Source: Octopus vulgaris
Taxonomy: Eukaryota
Length of the DNA: 64,000 nucleotides
Assembly: GCA_951406725.2 (NCBI GenBank)
Contig: OX597819.1
Span: 18,848,001-18,912,000 of the forward strand
Reading direction: 5' to 3'
Shown: positions 57,812-64,000 of the stretch, in pieces
Layout: the number at the start of each line of letters is the position of its first letter
Position numbering within the stretch: the stretch's first letter is position 1
Made by a program: the position numbers and the translations under genes
Notes under the pieces: generated by a model
Told to the model about the DNA's origin: nothing
The model's input: the letters and a program-made list of their open reading frames with translations, nothing else
Databases searched by the model: none

Positions 57812-58013
57812 ATTTATATTATATTGAGGGTACTACTATTCGTAGATACCAACACGCTAAAAGGGACCAATGCGGTCAAAACTACTAAAAATAAACAACA
57901 TTTTACCGAATGCAAAACTTCAAAACACATCATTTTAAAAAAGAATTCAGTTACATATCACATGTGATTTCGCATTTAATGCAGAATAGTAGTACCCTCA
58001 ATATAATATAAAT
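57812..58013. repeat. Perfect 30-bp inverted repeats enclosing 142 bp, in TA-repeat context
   Basis: atttatattatattgagggtactactattc (57812-57841) / gaatagtagtaccctcaatataatataaat (57984-58013). Confidence 0.9.
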
Positions 58014-58233
58014 ATATATATATATACATATATATATATATGTGTGTGTGTGTGCGTGTGTGTGCGTGAATGTGTGTGTGTAGTTCTTTTATGCGTATAT
58101 ATATGTGAGTGTGTGTGCGTATGTATGTATGTAAATCAATGAATGGGTGGTTGCATGGGTGTATAGATGGTTGTTTTGCTGTTTTGCCCATGAAAAATTT
58201 TGATCAACTTCAAGACAAGAGATAGATAGGGAA

Positions 58234-58281
<48 letters not shown>

Positions 58282-59070
58282 TGAGAGAGAGAGAGAGGGG
58301 GGAGGGAGCTAGAGAGATAACGTCATATGAATAGATGAGTAGAGATAGACCCACCAAATATACAAATGATAAATCACATACACTTAAAGACATATTCGAC
58401 ACGCGATATGCCGACATGATTGTTTGGATATATATATGTCTGTATGTGCATGAGAAGATGGAAAATAGAGGAGAGAAAAGGAAGAGAGAGAGAGAGAGTG
58501 TGTGAAAGAGAGAGATGAGATAGAGGGAGATGGAGGGAGAGATGGATAGATGAAGAGAATGTATGTGGACGGGTTTCGGTGTGATTGCAATAAGTATGTT
58601 ATTTTTAATGCTTCACGCTTAATCAAGTGATTCAACATTGATATATGATATTTACATAATAAAAGAGAACATCGTCACAGGCAGCAGCAATCATAACAAC
58701 ACCAACATTAATACACATGTACATACATGTATGTATATATTTATATATATTTATATGTATATATATATACATATATATAAACATACATGTATATATATAT
58801 ATACATGTATACATATATTTATATATATATATATATATATATAAATATATACATACATTTATATATATATGTGTGTGTATATACATATATTTATATATAT
58901 ATATATACATATATGTGTGTTTGTGTACGTATATATGTGTGTGTATATGTATATGTGTGTATATATATGTATGTGTGTATATGCATGTATATATGTGTGT
59001 GTATATGTGTATATTCATATATATATATATATGTATGTATGTATAAGGCACGTATACATACGTACAGTAT

Positions 59071-59135
59071 GAAGGCGGTCCTCCAGCATGGCCACAGTCA
59101 CATGACTGAAACAAATAAAAAAATACAAGAATGAA
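59071..59135 (+). mobile_element. SINE family A, 3' tail only
   Basis: aaggcggtcctccagcatggccacagtcacatgactgaaacaaataaaa. Confidence 0.8.
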
Positions 59136-59178
59136 TACGTTTTTACACGATTATAAGTGTATAAACAACAACAGTAAC

Positions 59179-59235
<57 letters not shown>

Positions 59236-59343
59236 TACGTATATATAAATGTATATTTATTGGTAGAAATGGTAAGACAACAAAAGAAATATCTATCTAT
59301 ATATATATAATATGCTTATATTCATATTTGCAGTGGAAGCAGC

Positions 59344-59401
<58 letters not shown>

Positions 59402-59547
59402 TTTGCTATTGTTGATATCATTACCAGTCTCATTGTTGAATGAATGATCAGGTGTGTCAAAAGACACTCTTTAATGGAGAAAGTGTGCAACTGTCTGGTA
59501 GCCATGCATTGTTCTTATATATATATATATATATATATATACATACA

Positions 59548-59600
<53 letters not shown>

Positions 59601-60188
59601 GTGTATCTATCTATATATATATATATACATACATATATATGCGTGCATATATATGTATATATATATGTATATATATGTATATATATATATATATAATATA
59701 TAAGCTAACAATTAGAAAGTTTTGAACAGGTGCAGCGAAGTGAAGCGAGGTGTAGCGAAGTGTGGATGAAAGCCTGCAAAATATATCCACGGTTCGCTTA
59801 ATTAAGATAGTCTCCTCTCATCTTTGTTTCTTTCCCCCCTCACCACACCCTGACGTCAGTCCGCTCAGATTGGAAAAGGATTTTGTTCCTCCCGTCTCCA
59901 TCACTCTGAGCAGTAATGCCTCCATTAGACTGCTCTGTATGCCTATTCGAACAGCTAGAAATAGCTGTCAAATGACTTTCAAAACTTTCAAAACACTGAG
60001 GCTGAAGGCAGTTAGTGTCACTGGAAAATATATTGCATGATTTAAAAAGAAAACCCCAAAAAAATGATATGTAGTCGTCATGGCTGGAACTGGTTATGAT
60101 ATCAAGAATAGCAATTCAATTACAATTGCTCTGAATAAAAGCGAATAAGAAAAGTACAGCTCTGAAGATGATAACATCATATACATAT

Positions 60189-60360
60189 AGGCGCAGGAGT
60201 GTCTTTGTGGTAAGTAGATTGCTTCCCAACCACATGGTTACAAGTTCAGCCCCACTGACTGGTAGTTTGGGCAAGTGTCTTCTACCATACCCTCGGGCTG
60301 ACCAAAGCCTTGCGAGTAGATTCATTCGGTAGACAGAAACTGAAAGAAGGCCGCCGTATA
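60189..60360 (+). mobile_element. SINE family A, 5' half
   Basis: aggcgcaggagtgtctttgtggtaagtag..ttgggcaagtgtcttctac..gaaactgaaagaag. Confidence 0.85.
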
Positions 60361-60368
60361 TATATATA

Positions 60369-60694
60369 TTTCTTTACTGCCCACAAGGGGCTAAACATAG
60401 AGGGGACAAACAAGGACAGGCGAAGGGATTGAGTCGATTATATCGACCCCAGTGCGAAACTGGTACTTTCTTTATCGACCGCGAAAGGATGAAAGGCAAA
60501 GTTAACCTCGGCGAAATTTGAAATCAGAACGTAACGACAGACGAAATACCTATTTCTTTACTACCCACAAGGGGCTAAACATAAAGTGGACAAACAAGGA
60601 CAGACAAACGGATTAAGTCGATTATATCGACCCAAGACAAAATACCGCTAAGCATTTCTCCCGGCGCGCTAACGTGTCTGCCAGCTCGCCGTCT
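60369..60694 (-). mobile_element. SINE family B with duplicated unit, inserted in the internal TA tract of a family A copy
   Basis: Two ttctttact(g/a)cccacaaggggctaaac..aggacag units; tRNA head at ~60645-60694. Confidence 0.85.
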
Positions 60695-61084
60695 AATATA
60701 TATATATATGTGTGTGTGTGTGTATGTGTGTGTGTGTGCGTGTGTGTGTGTGTGTATGTGCATGTGTGTGTTTGTGTGTGAAGTTGCAATGCATTCTAAT
60801 ATGGTCACAAGGCCTGAAGTCTTCGAGGCTGATGCAGTTCGCTTCCATTTAACGCTGTGTTTAATTGTATTTATTTCATCGACCGCCGAAACCAGAAGCG
60901 GCACAATCGACCTGGTTGGAATCTCAAATAATTTAGAAAGTGAACCGAGAAGAAACGCCGATAAGAATTTTGCCGGCTGTGCCAACCAATTGGTGTACAG
61001 ATCTTTCCAGAATTGTGTTTTTGTCAGTGAGGCGAATGGTGCCGTCGGAACTAATCAGTGGTGATGCTCCGGAAGACTATGACT

Positions 61085-61935
61085 CTTAGATGGCTTTCAG
61101 GCCATCATAGAAGCGTTTAGGATTGATACTGTCACCGTGCTTCAGGAGAAGTGTCCGCAGCAGAACAGGTATCTATACAAAATGTTTGTAGTCTTAAGCA
61201 AGGCTTTTGACACCGTCGGACATGAAAGGGTTTGGAAGATCGTGGGAGAGTTCGACTGCCCGGGCAAATTCATCAGCATCACGCGACAGATTCAGGACGG
61301 CTATCTCACTTGGACAATGGAGATTCTCCCGTTGCAATCCCACTCTCTGAGTCAATCATGGCCGTATGCTCACAACTATGCTGGTCAGCATGATGTTCTC
61401 AACCATGCTGTCGAATGCCTTTCTCAAAATCAACGAAACCAGCGTCAAGATCAGATTCAGGACAGACGCAAAATCTTTAAACCGCATAGACTACAGGCCA
61501 AGACCAAGGTCAAAGAGGACACAAATCACGACTCTTTGTTCGCAGACCACCGCGCACTCAACGCCACTACAGAGGCTCAAATGCCTCTACTACCTGCAAC
61601 AAATTTGACCTTAAAATCATAATTCGGACAAAAGAGGTCTGCATGCACTAATCGTCCGCGCAAACACAATATGTGGGGCCAAGTATCAGTGTCAAAGTGG
61701 AAACCATGCAGGTTGATCAGAATTTCGCGTACCTTCTCAGCACACTGTCCAGATCTATGAATGTTAACGACGAAGTCGACACAGGCATCATCAGAGGCTC
61801 CGTTATTCAGTGTGGGAGTGGAGGAGCATGGGGCTGACCACCTAATTGAAGGTGTACCAAGCCGCTGTACTTCCTGCACTACTGTACACCAGAGACTTGG
61901 ACGGTTTATGAGCACCACAGTGAACAAACCAAAAA
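61085..61935 (+). mobile_element. RTE/BovB-like LINE RT fragment
   Basis: LQEKCPQQNRYLYKMFVVLSKAFDTVGHERVWKIVGEFDCPGKFISITRQIQDG, MMFSTML..AF, and HDSLFADHRALNATTEAQM (LFADD motif). Confidence 0.92.
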
Positions 61936-62033
61936 CCCTGGCTAAACTTCTCTTTATGTATGTATTCAGTATATAAGTGTGTTGATGGAAGGAGGAAAAG
62001 TGCAGATCAAAATATATGAACATATATATATAT

Positions 62034-62068
<35 letters not shown>

Positions 62069-62205
62069 ATTTTTTTCATCAATATTTAAGTGAAGTAACA
62101 GAGTGACTAAAAGCCCGAAAGTTTCGTGCGGAAGCACTTACCAAGTTTGATAAGTGCCAGCACACGAGTTACTTTGCTACTTTTATTTTATACTTGCATA
62201 CAAAT

Positions 62206-62299
<94 letters not shown>

Positions 62300-62501
62300 C
62301 ATACATACATATAAACACACACGCGCGCGCACACACATACGTCCATACAGCTCTCCCTGTTCTAAACGAACTTACTTATCCAGTCAAGCGGAAAATACAC
62401 TCCCTAACTACGCGCTAAAAATCTATTTAAAATATCCACATGACGTCTACTGACCAGCCTGAACAATAATAATTTTCAACAACACTATTTTCGAAAATTC
62501 T

Positions 62502-62703
62502 AAACATTCACGTGACCTCTTCATTATGGCCAATAAGAAATTTTAGGCGGGACACTAGCCAAATTTTAACTTCTCTGGAGCCTTTTTTCTTACCCCAACA
62601 CCAACTTCCATTCAAACATTCACGTGACCCCTTCATAATGACCAATCAAAATTTTAGGCGCGAAACCAAGCAAATCCCAAACAACTCTGGAGCCTCTTTT
62701 TTT
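62502..62703 (+). promoter_or_regulatory. Two-unit tandem (112-bp period) of E-box, CCAAT and E2F-like motifs
   Basis: CACGTG at 62509 and 62621; CCAAT at 62530 and 62642; TTTTAGGCGGGA at 62541 and TTTTAGGCGCGAAA at 62652. The duplication is seen directly; function is inferred. Confidence 0.45.
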
Positions 62704-62876
62704 CACATATAAGAGACAGACTCTAATCTCTCTTTTATATTTTGATAAGCATAACAAATGCGCAACCGGTAAAAAGAACTTTCACCTAATTAAATTACTT
62801 AAATTACTTCAATTATTTGTCAGCATTTTCTTCATTTCCTTTTTTATATATCACCACTCGTGTTCGACATCTCCTT

Positions 62877-62922
<46 letters not shown>

Positions 62923-62925
<3 letters not shown>

Positions 62926-63355
62926 CGCAGGAGTGGCTGTGTGGTAAGTAGCTTGCTAACCAACCACGTGGTTCTGTGTTCAATCCCACTGTGTGGCATC
63001 TTGGGCAAGTGTCTTCTGCTATAGCCCCGGGCCGACCAATGCCTTGTGAGTGGATTTGGTAGACGGAAACTGAAAGAAGCCTGTCGTATATATGTATATA
63101 TATATATATTTATGTATGTATGTGTGTGTGTGTTTGTGTGTCTGCGTTTGTCCCCCTAGCATTGCTTGACAACCGATGCTGGTGTGTGTTTACGTCCCCG
63201 TCACTTAGCGGTTCGGCAAAAGAGACCGATAGAATAAGTACTGGGCTTACAAAGAATAAGTCCTGGGGTCGAGTTGCTCGATTAAAGGTGGTGCTCCAGC
63301 ATGGCCGCAGTCAAATGACTGAAACAAGTAAAAGAGTAAAGAGTAAAGAGTAAGA

Positions 63356-63356
<1 letters not shown>
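62923..63356 (+). mobile_element. SINE family A, full-length reference copy
   Basis: A box tggctgtgtgg, B box gttcaatccc, CORE-like cttgggcaagtgtcttc, internal TA/TG tract, (aaagagt)n tail; flanked by (TA)n on both sides. Confidence 0.93.
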
Positions 63357-63423
<67 letters not shown>

Positions 63424-63426
<3 letters not shown>

Positions 63427-63543
63427 CTTTGCTCGAAACGTAGAACTACATTTCTTTCCTTCCCTGAGAGTCTGCTAATACTTCATATATACCACGTCCA
63501 CGCGTTATTGCTTTTTTGTGTTTGTTCTTCATTTTGGAGAATT

Positions 63544-63548
<5 letters not shown>
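63424..63548 (+). mobile_element. Short PLE-type element beginning mid-hammerhead
   Basis: GAGC-ttt-GCTC-GAAACGTA directly after (TA)n; downstream ttccctgagagtctgctaatac..ccacgtccacgcgtt resembles 40020-40075. Confidence 0.55.
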
Positions 63549-63636
<88 letters not shown>

Positions 63637-63697
63637 TATATACGTATGTATGTTTTGTATGTATGTATATATGCATACATACATACATACATACATA

Positions 63698-63925
63698 TAG
63701 AATCGTTAGCATTCCGGACCAAATGCTTAGCAGCATTTCGTCCGTCTTTACGTTCTGAGTTCAAATTCCGCCAAGTTAAACTTTGCCTTTCATCCTTTCG
63801 AGGTCTATGAAATACATACTAGTTATGTAGTGATAAAATAATACCAGTTATGCAGTGGGGTAGATGTAATCGACTAGCACTCTTCCCCCAAATTTCAGTA
63901 TTTGTGCCTATAGTAGAAAGGATCT
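63698..63925 (+). mobile_element. SINE family B
   Basis: agaatcgttagc..gagttcaaattccgccaagttaaactttgcctttcatcctttcgaggtc. Confidence 0.85.
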
Positions 63926-64000
63926 ATATATATACATACGTAAAAATTCTATATTTCTATGTATATCTATGTGTGTATATATGCGTCTTTGTGTATGAGT

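Noticed and set aside
59935-60110. Weak similarity to 33268-33410 and 6240-6260 (ctagaaatagctgtcaaat)
   Set aside because: Probably an old dispersed repeat, but too diverged to delimit by eye
62923-63000. tRNA gene (A and B boxes)
   Set aside because: No cloverleaf or terminator; it is the head of a multi-copy SINE

Overview
Eukaryotic, AT-rich, microsatellite-dense genomic DNA with no host protein-coding exon I can support. It is most likely intronic or intergenic sequence from an octopus (coleoid cephalopod); this is inferred from the SINE families and the (TA)n/(TAA)n/(TAG)n/(GAT)n landscape. Almost all listed ORFs are translations of simple repeats. Identifiable content: about 18 copies of a CORE-like tRNA-SINE and about 8 loci of a Meta-domain-like tRNA-SINE; two decayed mariner elements; two Penelope-like element (PLE) relics (a Neptune-like RT plus GIY-YIG at 2.65-4.05 kb and a Nematis-like GIY-YIG at 56.4-56.8 kb); two R4/Dong-like RLE LINE fragments; RTE fragments; and two diverged copies of an unidentified RRM-like ORF. 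The most notable signals are: (1) a population of short non-coding elements embedded in (TA)n tracts that carry minimal hammerhead-ribozyme motifs, including a U3-A8 compensatory core variant, several of them built as fold-back palindromes; (2) a ~460-bp non-tRNA element in a (TAA)n tract that shares its 3' tail with the Dong-like LINE in this window; (3) a ~370-bp near-perfect hairpin abutting a LINE; (4) a duplicated E-box/CCAAT/E2F-like promoter-type module. All alignments and folds were done by eye, and element boundaries are approximate.
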